Shown: positions 15,800 through 30,568 of the stretch, one piece after another
Layout: each line of letters begins with the position of its first letter
Numbering within the stretch: the first letter of the stretch is position 1
DNA from: Octopus vulgaris
Taxonomy: Eukaryota
Length of the DNA: 64,000 nucleotides
Direction of reading: 5' to 3'
Assembly (NCBI GenBank): GCA_951406725.2
Contig: OX597814.1
Location: 10,974,001 to 11,038,000 of the forward strand
Position numbers and translations under genes: made by a program
The notes under the pieces: generated by a model
The model's input: the letters and a program-made list of their open reading frames with translations, nothing else
The model's database searches: none
What the model was told of the DNA's origin: nothing

Positions 15800-15980
15800 G
15801 TGGTGGGTGATGTCGACGGGTGTCAAGTACAAAATATCGTGAGTCATGAGGCTAAAATTTACATTGCATATAAGATCATTAAAGGATGCACAAAACTGCA
15901 TCTTTATACCATGTCATATGCAGATGACGAGATCATCGTTTGCACCGACTAACATGAAATATCTTCAAAGATAATCTAAA
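15800..15980 (+). mobile_element. Decayed LINE RT fragment with YADD motif
   Basis: The ORF ends ...LHLYTMSYADDEIIVCTD*. The YADD catalytic motif is followed by hydrophobic residues. Confidence 0.4.
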
Positions 15981-16069
15981 ATAGTTGCTTGCTTGTTTTT
16001 CTATGTTTGTATGTGTTGAATTGTTTGAGCGTGTATGTTGGTGTGTCTGTGTGTGTATGTGAGTGTATG

Positions 16070-16132
<63 letters not shown>

Positions 16133-16151
16133 TATATATGTATGTACTATA

Positions 16152-16183
<32 letters not shown>

Positions 16184-16346
16184 CATACATACACATACAC
16201 ACACGCATGTATAAGGTTATACATCCATGTGTATAACTACACATATAGAGAGTTGTGCATACATTTGTACATACATTTTGACACGCATACTAACGTGTAG
16301 ATATAATATACTCGTGATATATAATGTATATGTGTATGTATGCATA

Positions 16347-16390
<44 letters not shown>

Positions 16391-16449
16391 TATATATGCA
16401 TATATATTTGATATACTACTATTAAAACACTATCTTCCTCATCGTTTTG

Positions 16450-16492
<43 letters not shown>

Positions 16493-16502
16493 GTATGTAT
16501 AT

Positions 16503-16541
<39 letters not shown>

Positions 16542-16883
16542 CACATAGATATGCAAACGAAAATATATATATATATATATGTGCCTGTATCTCCGTGTGT
16601 GGTTGTGTGTGTGTGTGTGTTCGTGTGATGTATATAATTACCTTTATTGTTATTTAATCTAGGAGTGAGAAATAAATAAATACATGTTAATGTTTTCTTC
16701 ACCATGCGGAACGCTTTTTGTATTCTTTGCCCTGAGTACTCTTTGCATTTGCACGATTTGCATTGTTGATAAAATGTAATTACACTCAAACAAATCTATT
16801 GAGTAAGTTTGCCCTCAGTTTTTTGTACATACGTACATAATTCACAAAAACACACAATCATAGATATGTATACACGTATGTAC

Positions 16884-16940
<57 letters not shown>

Positions 16941-16944
<4 letters not shown>

Positions 16945-17265
16945 TTTCAGATCGCTGCGACCATGCTTGGGCACCGCCATTTGGTGTTGCTTAATAAAAT
17001 TTTACTTCACGATTGCTTTTTTAGGAATTAACATTTGGTGCATGAGAGAGTTTGATGCAGCTGGCCTCATCTGCACCTCCTGCCGTGAAGTTGGTTCATC
17101 TAGGACACTTGACAAGAAGAGGTTCAGCTCTATTTTGAAGACACCTACATTACCCCCATGCAGATATCTGAGGTCATTCGGGGGGATATTGAAAAGCTGT
17201 GGACCTCTGAAGCCCAGGTTATTGCAGTATCTTGTCCTACATCTTGATGGCAAATTTGGAATCCT
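16941..17265 (-). mobile_element. 3' end of a CR1-group LINE
   Basis: C-terminal peptide ...GPQLFNIPPNDLRYLHG...VFKIELNLFLSSVLDEP...RPAASNSL is typical of CR1-group ORF2 ends. The 3' tail GGCGGTGCCCAAGCATGGTCGCAG...CTGAAAC is shared with SINE family A. Confidence 0.7.
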
Positions 17266-17295
17266 TGTATATGTATATGCGTGTTTGCATGTTTG

Positions 17296-17357
<62 letters not shown>

Positions 17358-17612
17358 ATACATATATACATATATACATATATACATATATACACATATA
17401 TATATGCATATACATATATATTTCATGAGTGCCAGTGATCAGAACTCTCGCCCTTTGCATCTCTTTGTAACTCCTGCCGATGAAATAAAAGATATATATA
17501 TCCTTATATCTTGAGTTCTGTTTTGCAGTTTCATACCAAACCTATATATGTATCTATATTTATATAAGTATATATACACAAATTTACATATATGCATATA
17601 TGCCGTCATCAT

Positions 17613-17650
<38 letters not shown>

Positions 17651-18069
17651 GTATCTTATATACTTGTATGTATGTATGTATATATATATACATGATAAGT
17701 TGTGGTGTACTTGAGCACTGTATACAATAATTTCATGATATATATATATATATATATATCAATGATTATGTTATGAACTTCATTACCTTATATTTGTTTC
17801 TGCTATAAGATGTACTGGACCTATAGCTGGGTTCATGTATAACACTTTGTTGCTTCATCGGAGCTTCGAATATGAAGTGCAATTTATTTGGGAAAGAATT
17901 ACATTTGTGCCTACACAGGGAACGCATCAGCAATGAGAAAGTTCAATGCAGATGTCTATATTTGGTCACCAACATGCAAAAATATCCACGATACATATTC
18001 TATTTCTCCTTGTATATTTTTTTATCGTTGTTAGTGATCTTTCCACTATCTCTTTTTTATTCTAGATCT

Positions 18070-18106
18070 GTATACTGAAGAGGAAACCACGTCCGAAACG
18101 TTATAC
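18070..18106 (+). ncRNA. Minimal hammerhead motif (CUGAAGA core)
   Basis: GTATA-CTGAAGA-GGA-AACCACG-TCC-GAAACGT-TATAC. Stem I is GTATA/TATAC and the ACGT is palindromic. It appears one nucleotide short at the cleavage site. Confidence 0.5.
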
Positions 18107-18406
18107 TATGTTCTTTCTCCTCTTCTAAGCGTTTCTCTCCTAGTTTCCTTTGTGAACCAACTAAAATTTCTTTTTCTTTATTTTCGCTTAGTCGATATAT
18201 ATAAATATATGTTTACGCATTCATACTTTCAGATACACACATTTACATATGGTGTGTCTGTGCCAGTGTTTTATGCACACCATCTGAGTGTGCGTGTGTG
18301 TGTACGCACGCATACATACACACACACATATATATATATATACACATATATATATGTGCATATGTGTGAGTGTATACATGTATGTATCTACATATATATG
18401 TATATT

Positions 18407-18465
<59 letters not shown>

Positions 18466-18949
18466 CTGTGCACATATACATGTATACTTATATATATATA
18501 TTTATATACATTTATATATATATGTATTTATGTATGTTTGTATGCATGTATATGCATGTTTGTACGTATGTTTGCACATACGCACGCATGAATATTTTGT
18601 TGCTTGCGTCCCAATGAATCTCTGTACAGACGCATGCATACATATATATATATACATACATTCACGTAGAAACATTTATATAATCGTATCAATATATCTC
18701 CGTATTAAATTAAATGCACAACATACATATAATATACAAATCAGCCTTCATCAATAACTACATCACATCACACAGATTCTCAATCTCTCTCTTCACCCTC
18801 CCTTCTTCCTCTCCTCTCTTTCTCTTACTCTCTCCTTCCTTCCCTTCTTCCCTCTCTCTCTCTTTTACTCTCCTTTCTCACTTGTCGCCGCAGTCTTCCT
18901 TCTCTCTCAATTACTCTCCCTAATTCCTTCTTTCTCGTCTTCTCTCCTC

Positions 18950-18980
<31 letters not shown>

Positions 18981-19169
18981 TCCCTCTCTCACTCTGTCTA
19001 TCTATCTATTTATTTATCTATCTCTTTCTTTCTGTTTCCTGTGTCTGTCTAAATCTAAGCTCAAATTCTCTCCCTCCTTCACATACAGCCTCACTCTCTT
19101 CCTCTTTCACTTCTTCTCAATTTATTTACTTCTTTCACGCCGTCTGTTTCTCTTTTCTTCCTTCCCCCT

Positions 19170-19200
<31 letters not shown>

Positions 19201-19675
19201 ATCTCTTTCTTTCTCTCTCTGTCACTTTCTGCCTTTTTATATCTCCCTCTTTCTTCCTGCATAAATCTTTATCTAAACGCTTTCACTTTCAAACACGAGT
19301 AGTATGTATATATGTATATAGGTGTGAGTGTGTGTGTATGTGTATGTGTGTACACAATTTATGTGCACATATATGTACATGCATACATTCAATTACGTTC
19401 ACACAACACAATTGCAAATACACACACACACACACGCACACAGACACACACACAAACTCACAAACACACAGAGGCACATATAAATATGCATATAAAGCGT
19501 GTGTTCACACAAGCACATCTAGCCACACCGCTGACGTTTGCATTGCTACAAATGCAATCGCCTTCACTCACACCCTAACACCAAATCCCCTTCCTTCCTT
19601 CCTCTTCTTCTCTCTGCTACCTTGCTCTCCCCTCGCCTTCTTCTCACTTCTTCCAGAATCATCATCGGGCTCCAC

Positions 19676-19756
19676 AACACACACACACACACACATACAC
19701 ACACACACACATGCACATACACACACACACACATGCACATACACACACACACACAT

Positions 19757-19800
<44 letters not shown>

Positions 19801-19891
19801 ACACATGCACATACACACACATACACACACACATACACACACACACGTACACGCACATACACAAACACATACACACACACATACACACACA

Positions 19892-19942
<51 letters not shown>

Positions 19943-19990
19943 ACACACGCGTACACGCACATACACTAACACATACACATATACACACAG
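19676..19990. repeat. Long imperfect (CA)n tract
   Basis: Direct reading. It is representative of hundreds of (CA)n, (TA)n, (GATA)n and (TATG)n tracts not listed individually. Confidence 0.95.
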
Positions 19991-20465
19991 ACCAACACCC
20001 AACGCAACCCACCTCTTTTTCGGTCTCACCAAGTTACAATGTAATTTATAGGCCGAGCGCTTGACACTAGCTCGTACAGAACACGGCAATAATTAGTACT
20101 AAATCGCCAAACATTCCGATCTCCTCCTAGTCAAGGGGCCAAAATGTTTATGTATGCTTAGCAGATGCTCTATCGTTTCGCTCTCACAAAACCCGTCTTC
20201 CTCTACTATGTCTCAATTCCAATGTACCATTTATTTATTTATTTATTTATTTGGTATTTGTGTTCGTTTTATCCTTTCGTTGTCTTTATTTGTATCTGTT
20301 GTATTGTTGTTGGTTGGTTGGTTGGTTGGTTCGTGTCCAAGGCTGGTTTTGTTGCTTTATTTAATTTGTTTTAAATATCCGAGGCAGTGGACATCATCGT
20401 TGTCGTCGTCACCATCATCATTATCATCACTTCATCATCATCATCATCATCACCAACAGCAATAG

Positions 20466-20517
<52 letters not shown>

Positions 20518-20582
20518 TTCAACAATATCATCATCATCATCATCATCATCGTCGTCATCATCATCTTCAACAATGTCGTCAA

Positions 20583-20619
<37 letters not shown>

Positions 20620-21579
20620 GTCGCTGTCGTCATCATCAACTTCATCTCGTTATCAGTTTTGTTCATTCAAGCACCCTCATTTTCTCTCTCTCCCTCCGTC
20701 TCTCTCCATCTCTCTCTCTTTCTCTCTCTCTCTCACCAAGTAGTTCTACATCTTCATTTCTTTCAGTCAGTATCTTTTCTATTCTTTTTCTTTTCTACCT
20801 TTTCTATCACAATTTTCCTTCTCTTTCTCACTCTCTCATATCCATTCACCCATTTATTCATTCATTAAAGTTATTCTTTCTTTTGTCATTCACGCAATAC
20901 ATAACACTTCTATCGACTCACCCTCTTTGAACGAATCTCCTGTCGTCCTCCGTTTCTCTCTTCTCTTTCTTTCCCCACCCCTCTAACATTCTCTTTCCCT
21001 ACTCTCTCTCCTATGCCTCTCCCTATCCAAGCTCCCCCTTTGTCTTTCTTACCCTTTCTATCTCTCCCTTTCTCCGACATACACATACTTCATACACATA
21101 CGTAAATCCACACCCACTCACTCCCTTTCTTTCAGTCCCGATTTTCCCTACATCTATTTACCTATCTACCTTTTCCATCTCTCCTTAAATAATTATTCCT
21201 TCCTTAATTTATCTCTTTGTTTCAAGCAACCTTCTTTTCAGAAATTGCCATGTAAATGAAGACGCTAACTTACTGCGCATGCGCTGGCCTTATGGGAAAA
21301 AAATGTGGGAGTCAGCTCTCTGATGAATCTCTAAGAAGACAAGAAACTAGCCATATCGATTCTACTTTTCTGTCCACAGAGACATAAACATTTGTGCTGT
21401 GATTATAATTTACGTTAATTTTAACACCAAACTTGAAATTAGAAGTTTAATAAAAAGATATATCTAATCTCTAGATATCACTTTGTGGAACAAGATTAAT
21501 TGCAGAATAAATCCACTTTGGAAACTAGGCAAACTAGTTTAACAGAATCCATGTTTGTTTACACAATAAATAGCGAATG

Positions 21580-21657
21580 TCCGAAGGTGACACGCAGTGG
21601 AACTGAACCTGGAACCATCTGGGTGGGAAGCAAACTCCTTATCATAACCCACGCCTA
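21580..21657 (-). mobile_element. SINE family A, 5' head fragment
   Basis: CACGCAGTGGAACTGAACCTGGAACCAT matches the head at 13430-13460. Confidence 0.75.
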
Positions 21658-21797
21658 TATGTATGTATATATATATATGTATGTGTGTATATATATATTT
21701 CTTTATACGTACATATACATATGTATATTTCTTTATACGTGCATATACATATATATATTTCTTTTTAATCTAGTTTCAGCATATATATATACATATA

Positions 21798-21958
21798 TGT
21801 CCTTAGGACACAGAAAATGTGTCAAAGCCGACAGGAAGCGTTCAATGCTTCCTAGGGCTAAATAGCGGTGGTGTAATTCCCATACGGGACTGTCACGTTA
21901 AGTTGACAGTATACAACCACTCTATCGCTCCACCACCGCTCATGTCTCTTTGAGACAT
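21798..21958. other. Multi-hairpin structured element of unknown identity
   Basis: At least six perfect or near-perfect stems within 160 nt (see findings). Confidence 0.6.
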
Positions 21959-22395
21959 TTAGAAATTTTATATTTCTGATTATATATATTGTAAAAATAT
22001 ATTAATGTGAGGGTAATAAAATAATTATTCTATTCCTAAATTTTTTTATGACGACTGTAGAAAACGCACTCTAAGAAGGGTTACCTTTAATGAATTCCAG
22101 GTCCATATAACAGTTTAGAGAATGTCAAGTAAATGATTGAAAAACTTTACACAAGACTCAACCAAAAGCACATATACACATGCATACATATACACTTGCA
22201 CAAATTTACAGACAGACGGACAGAGGGAATAGTACGTAGATATATTTCTGTGTGCATATACATATGTGTATATAGCTATTTGGTCTTTAGATATGTCTAG
22301 TAGTATGTCGGTTTGGTGAATATACAAATGCATGCGTGTGTTTCTCTGAAATTCTCTATGTCTACATGTACGCATATTCATACAGATATATGTAT

Positions 22396-22427
<32 letters not shown>

Positions 22428-22907
22428 GTATATTCTTACGCATATATTGATTTATGCACATATATATATATATACATACATATACACACATATATATACA
22501 TATATACATACATATATGTATGAATATGCGTTTGTGTTAGTTTGAGTGTGTATATATTTACATATATACATATATACACACACATAAACACGAATACAAA
22601 TAGAGAGAGAGAGACGGGAGAGAGTGTTAGGTAGATAAAAAATAGATTGGTAGATAAATAGATAGATTGTTTGTAGATAATAAAAAGATGTTGATACAAA
22701 TATGTAAATATACATACACTCGCACTCACAAACACACTCACACATATATATATACATACATACACACATACATACATACACACATATATATATATATAAA
22801 CATAGATATAAATATATATACATATGTATATGCCCATTAAAAAGGTGAGGACAGGTGTCTAAACAACAAATAGGTGTATTAGTATAACGCTCGGGAAAGT
22901 GAGAAAG

Positions 22908-22945
22908 TCTTTTATGTTTCGAGCCTACGCTCTTCAACAGAGAGG
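22908..22945 (-). ncRNA. Second copy of the CUGUUGA hammerhead-like motif (mutated cleavage region)
   Basis: Minus strand: CCTCT-CTGTTGA-A-GAGC-GTAG-GCTC-GAAACATA-AAAGA. The flanking repeat (about 22836-23000) aligns with 32660-32810. Confidence 0.45.
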
Positions 22946-23229
22946 AACACGAGAAAATAAACAGAGGGAGAATAAAAAAATCGCTTTAGGGGCTAGCAGT
23001 GCACAATGTGTGCGCGAACGTGTATATATCGTCGTGGTTTTTTTTAATGGCTGTATAATACCGAGTGACATATATGAGTGAGCATATAAAAGACAATTGG
23101 TGTTGAGGTAAAGTATATACTTTTGGTCCGTGAATGCTTAATGGTGTCTTCACTCCTATATTTCATTATGCATCATATTGGCATTTGAAAAATTTCAGCT
23201 ATACACGCGCAGGCACATATACACGCACT

Positions 23230-23354
<125 letters not shown>

Positions 23355-23919
23355 ACAAGCTTAAATACACGTGTATTTAAGTGAGTGAGTGAGTTACTGT
23401 GAGTGTACTTGTCTGAAAAGAAAAAGGTGGCATGAAAGCCTAAAAAAACCCCAGATATACACAACATACGTATCTCAATAAATAACTGGACAGAGATGAT
23501 AGCCTGATATCGTTACACCTCCCCCAACACACACACACACAGATTAACACATATGTACATGTGCTTACGCATTATATATATATATATGTGTGTGTATATA
23601 TACATACATATATATAAATATATATACGTGCATCTACACACATATATATATATATATATGTGTGTATTAGAAGAAATGAGGTACTCAGAAAATCGGATGG
23701 TTTATATTTACAGATATTTATTTGTATATTACATTTCTTATACATCATATAACTTCGATCATGTATTAGCGCTTTCTCCCATTCTAGTGGGGTTTTCAAA
23801 TTAAACTAAGTTCTTGTGTGAAAAGTTTTGACCATTTTATAGTGGTATTGAGTTTGTAGTGGTGGAGAGGAATATAAGACAGTACAAGAGGGTGATGGAT
23901 GAGTGTGTATATATATATG

Positions 23920-24006
<87 letters not shown>

Positions 24007-24800
24007 CAGTTTTAATTATTAACATTCAAAAATATATTCCTTATAGTATAGTATGATACTACTTTTTAATGAACAAGTTGCATGTTCGAAACCTCACCTT
24101 TACAATGTGTGTGCGTGTGTGAGTTTGTGTGTGTGTGTGTATCTATATATATGTGTGTGTGCGTGTGCATAAGAATATATCTAAATTTATATATATTTTA
24201 TACAAACATATATATGTGTGTGTGCATGCGTACATATGTATGTGCATTTATATATATATATATATATATATACATACATTCACAAACGTACACATATATC
24301 TGTACAAACGTACATACGTACACACAAAAACACATATATGAATTCTTCAATAGATAGATAGATATAGATAATTGTTCAATTTATTTACATATCTAAGTGT
24401 GATAATATAGATATATAAATGTATACACATGTCAATATAAACTTCAAGATTTATGTGTGAGCGTGCGCGAAATGGTGTATGTGTAAGTGAGTATGATTTT
24501 ATGAATGTGGTGTATGCATGTTTTGTATGTGTGTGAGTGTTCGAGCGAAACTGTGTTTGAGTAAAGCTGGAAAAGCCCAGAACGTATAAAGTAATAAGCA
24601 TTTTTCTACTAATCAAATCCCTCGAAATTTTAAATGCCTTACAACAGAAGTAGTATATGGCTTATGAATTATTTCGTAAATTTTACACTAAATACATGGA
24701 GATCTATGTGATATATATTCATATTACCTACCACACCTCAATATACTTCATATATATATATGTATATATATATAAGTTCAGCAAAACTTCATATAACTTC

Positions 24801-24874
<74 letters not shown>

Positions 24875-25234
24875 ATATGTCTTTGTATTTATAAATACAT
24901 ACATTCATTTATATGCATATATGTATACATATATATATATAAATATATATATATATATGCATACCTATACATATACATATATATGCATATATATACATAT
25001 GAATGTATATATATATATATATATGTGCATGTTTGTACGTACGTATGTAGGCATATATACATAAGCATGCATATATATATATATACGTGTGTACGTATAT
25101 GTATGTGCGTGTGTGTATATATTACGTATGAGTGTGTATATGTATGCACGGTTTATCTATGTGTGCCTAGTTACATAGCCATCGTTTCAAAGTCTAGATT
25201 TGTAAATTTGTATGAGTCACGCTGAGACAGATTT

Positions 25235-25395
25235 TGCACAGCCGGATGCCCATCCAGTCGCCAAACCACGCCTATTTCCAAGCAAACTAATATATTCCGC
25301 TTGGTCAGAGATATTTTCCACAGAATATTGGAAATTCGTGAAACAACTTCTATGACAGTGACACGGATTTTCAACTATTACCTGATGTCAAGACA
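25235..25395. mobile_element. Interspersed repeat with RTE-type tail motif
   Basis: GCCGGATGCCCATCCAGTCGCCAAACC resembles the GGATGCCCTTCCTG.CGCCAACC terminal motif of RTE-related LINEs/SINEs (from memory). Confidence 0.45.
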
Positions 25396-25446
25396 TGTGG
25401 ATAGTATCATATACAACTTCAAAATCCCACACAATATATACACACG

Positions 25447-25501
<55 letters not shown>

Positions 25502-25507
25502 TGTGTG

Positions 25508-25546
<39 letters not shown>

Positions 25547-25638
25547 TTCTTTCCTGTGTTTCATATCTGTGTATCTATCTATCAATATATATATACATAA
25601 ATGTCTGTCAATCTATCAATATTTATATATATGACGCC

Positions 25639-25677
<39 letters not shown>

Positions 25678-25805
25678 CTAAGTAATTAAGGGTTTACCAA
25701 CGATTTGCCCCACCACACACCGAATTATATATATATAGCAGTCAAAGAGTTTTGGCTATTCTTTCTACAATATAAAGGGAGACATAAATGTCTATCTATC
25801 TATCA

Positions 25806-25836
<31 letters not shown>

Positions 25837-25950
25837 CATATTTATAAACATGTGTATTTAGTTACCTTTATATGTTTGTGTATGTATATATGCATGCATA
25901 TATGTACCTATGTATCTGTGTATGTGTATGTATGTATTCATATATATCTA

Positions 25951-26014
<64 letters not shown>

Positions 26015-26260
26015 GCATGTGTGCACCTATATATGTTTGTGAGTGTATGTACATATATATACACAGGTAAAGGAAGAGAGAGAAAGAGAAATTTGCATAC
26101 ATTCTTTCCACGAAATTCTTGGATCCATAAAGTTGTCTAAAGTCAACCTCATACAATTTCTAATTTTAAACAATTTTTTTACGAATCAGAATACCATTTC
26201 AAGCCATGTGTATAGAGCCCTTTAGGTTCTTGCGCGACTATATGAAAAAGTAATGCTTTA

Positions 26261-26341
<81 letters not shown>

Positions 26342-26342
26342 G

Positions 26343-26408
<66 letters not shown>

Positions 26409-26570
26409 CATCCCTCCCTCTATGTGTGTGTGTGTGTTATGTCTGTGTGTTTGTGTGCGTAAGTTTTAGAATAATATTTATTATAGTATATTCAAATTTT
26501 TCTATATAATATAGATAATGTCTTTCACTATTGAATTCCTTAATAGAGGTTATTTCTCTTAATTATATAC

Positions 26571-26601
<31 letters not shown>

Positions 26602-26747
26602 TGTACATATATATATATATATATGCATATAAGTACTTATATATATATATATATATACGTAGGTATGTATGCATGTAAGTACAAATATATATATTATATG
26701 TATACACCTATGCCAATATATATGTATCGATCCACACACGCACGCTT

Positions 26748-26781
<34 letters not shown>

Positions 26782-26806
26782 TTATATATACATGTATATA
26801 TATGTA

Positions 26807-26852
<46 letters not shown>

Positions 26853-26996
26853 AATCTACAGACATATGACTATATACCCCTACACACCTGCAAATACTCA
26901 TATATATATATATGTATATGAACATATGCGTATAGTCGTTTCCGAAATAAAAAAAATATATATATATAAATAAAATTGTGTGGTAGAATAGACTGG

Positions 26997-27040
<44 letters not shown>

Positions 27041-27461
27041 AATGACGTCCATTTGCTCCGCGCCTAAATGTGCAAATACATATCTACAAGAAATATTTAT
27101 TATCCCTACGCTATCTAGCTTATAATGAGAACTTTTGCAATATGATTAAGTCATCCTATTGTGTGAAGCAGTAGCTGACGGTATTTCTGTCTCTCCCTCT
27201 TCTTAATGAGAGCGTTTTTATTATATATTTTCTGTTATATCTACGTAGCAGTCATAAATGAATTATTTTCAAGTATGTTACTAAATATGGAAGAATGCAT
27301 CCATTACTATCCTCACAAGCGCACACGTGTGCACATACATATGTAGATATACTAGCTTAGATGTGTGTGTATTTTTATGCATACATACAAACATACCTAT
27401 GTATATGGTGATAGATATATGCATATATATATATGTATATATATAAATATATATATAGATG

Positions 27462-27492
<31 letters not shown>

Positions 27493-27513
27493 GTGTGTGT
27501 ATATATATAAATA

Positions 27514-27569
<56 letters not shown>

Positions 27570-27619
27570 TAGATAGATATACATAGATAAATGATATAGA
27601 TATATAGATATAAATGTAT

Positions 27620-27672
<53 letters not shown>

Positions 27673-27912
27673 CAGATATAAATATAAATATATATATTGT
27701 GTAATATATAAATATACATATATATATATATATATCTTTGTATAATTAAATAAATATGTATATATACAAAATAGTGGATACATACATATATATGCATAAA
27801 TGTATGTATATGCGTGTGTCTGTGTGTGTATATATTTATATATATATATATTAAATATATACATATACACATATATTAGACACAGACAGATGGTAGTTAG
27901 ATAGTTAGATAT

Positions 27913-28770
27913 GTTTCTTTATTAGCCACACAGGGCTGCACACAGATAGAACAAATTACAAGGTAGAGCTTTTCTTTTGAAGGTTTAAAAAAAAAAAAAA
28001 AAAAAAGGAAGGGGGAGTTTCGATCAAAAGGGATCGTAAAAGGAGAGAAAGAGGACAAAAAAAAGGGGGTTAAAAAAAAGGGGGAGAGGAAAAAAAAAAT
28101 TGATCAATAGGGATCGTTATCACAGAAATGTCAATATGAAGTGTAAAGGGGAGGACAGGTGAGGTTTACCCGTGGAAAGAAAAGCCTACGGAAAAGACCA
28201 CGGTAACCTCGGTCAATGAAGTCACATTTTATATTTCTTTTTTTTTTTTTTTTTGCAAATAAGCAACTCTCTGTTTTCGATTTCTGGGTTCATAGGACTA
28301 TGCTCAAGGTGGCTTCGTCATTCATACGTGCCATTCTTGCTACATTCACCCATCTTTTTAAAACATTCGCTAGACAAAACTTGCCTCTCTACTCTCACTT
28401 TCCTTTTCAAGTGGTACTTGAAGAAGTTGATGAGAGATTGACCAGAGAGGAAAGTGTTTGTCTCCAATCCTTTCAGACGCGTCCACCAGATACATTCCTT
28501 CGCCATAGCCACAAGGATGATGAAAATAGCTCTTCCTTCCCGTTTGAAGGAAGGAGGCGTGACAATATTGACGATAGACTCAGCTGATAAACCGACTCGT
28601 CCCACACGTGACAGCAGTTGTTCGACATAAGCCCACAGGTCGGAAATTGTTGGACACTGAACGAGTGCGTGCAGAACGGTTTCGTCGCTCTGACCGCATC
28701 TCGGGCAGGTCGGCCCCGTGTTTCTCGAGCCGTGTCTGTAGAGCTTATCCCGAACGGGTAGCGCTTCTCG
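27913..28770 (-). mobile_element. 5'-truncated Tx1/L1-clade LINE (zf-RVT C-terminus plus 3' UTR)
   Basis: Translation REALPVRDKLYRHG...CPRCGQSDETVLHALVQCP...LWAYV...AKECIWWTR is the CCHC zinc-finger region of L1/Tx1 ORF2. The pyrimidine-rich 3' UTR ends AATAAAGAAAC. The element is flanked by (GATA)n and degenerate GATA-like repeats. Confidence 0.85.
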
Positions 28771-28771
28771 G

Positions 28772-28807
<36 letters not shown>

Positions 28808-28811
28808 ATGG

Positions 28812-28850
<39 letters not shown>

Positions 28851-28859
28851 GAGATAGAG

Positions 28860-28911
<52 letters not shown>

Positions 28912-29458
28912 GGAAAAAGAAATAGAAAGATTTGTATGTATGTATGTATGTATGTATGTATGTATGTATATATGTATGTATATTTGTAACAGTGCATGCA
29001 TGTATGTATATATACATGCATAATAAATACAGCCACAAAGGCCTACATGCATTTATATTTATATACATAAATACATACAGAAATACACGCTCACAGACAT
29101 ACATGTGTGTGCACATATATGTATGCATATTTATATGTAACTGCTATGCTTGCATATATGTGTATGTGCATGTGCACGTATGAAATGTGTGTCGTTATAT
29201 ATATATATATATGCATTTATACATATATATATATATATATTACTTTATATTCTTAATTTAATACTTTATTTAATATAAAAGCATAGATAAATTGAATTGA
29301 TAAGTAATTTCTCAAAATATATTTAGTAACAACGAATTTAAACATACCATATTAAACTTATGCATCACAATAATGATATTTTTCTGTACATGTACTCAGA
29401 GACAGACTTACACAATGAATGCACCCTCGCACCCACAGACGTATATGCATATATATAT

Positions 29459-29506
<48 letters not shown>

Positions 29507-29909
29507 GTAAAGTAAATATATGGAATATATATAATCAGACGCAGACTGTATATGTTACTACTCTATTTTATATATTATATATATACACACACATACACAT
29601 GTACAGTCATACACACACACACACACAGGTATAGCTACAGGACTATCTACCTATGTATGTGTGTAGGTATATATGTACCAATCTATCTATCTAGCTATAT
29701 ATATATATATACATATATACAAATATATGCATATATATATATATATATATGTATACATATATATATATATACCTATATATATACATATATATATATACAT
29801 ATATATATGTATATATATGTATACATATATACACATATATATATCTATATACATATATACACATATATATATCTATATACATATAAACATATAAACATAT
29901 ATATATCCA

Positions 29910-29961
<52 letters not shown>

Positions 29962-30124
29962 TATACACATATATATACATATATACATATATACATATAT
30001 ATATATATAAAGACAGAGAGAGGCAGAAAGGGTGAGAGGTATGATTTTAACACATCTAGCTACCGTAAGGAATAAATGAATAAATATATAAAGCGTCTGT
30101 GTTTTCCTGTGTGTGATAGAAAGT

Positions 30125-30230
<106 letters not shown>

Positions 30231-30535
30231 GTGTGTTTGCGTGAGTGTTTGTGTGTGTGGTGAACATTTTATCAGATTTCTTTCTGATACAAATGAATTT
30301 ACAAATTAATTTGTCAATACTAAGTGAGCGCTACGTGACATGTATCGCTGAAATTATATTGTTCTTCTACACGTGACTGCCTCACTGTGTGAGTCAACAC
30401 AGAGTTACGGTGATAAGAAAGCGGGAGAGTTACTGATAAGAACAAGGTTCAATCCCTGTAAAAGACCTGAGTTAATCGTTGATTTAAATCTTATTTGCAC
30501 ATAAACGTGTATGTGTGTGTGTGTTTGTGTATGTG

Positions 30536-30566
<31 letters not shown>

Positions 30567-30568
30567 AT

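Noticed and set aside
21864-21940. Twister ribozyme fit for the structured element
   Set aside because: P1-UAA is present on the plus strand, but the conserved L4 and the 3' GAG pseudoknot residues could not be matched.
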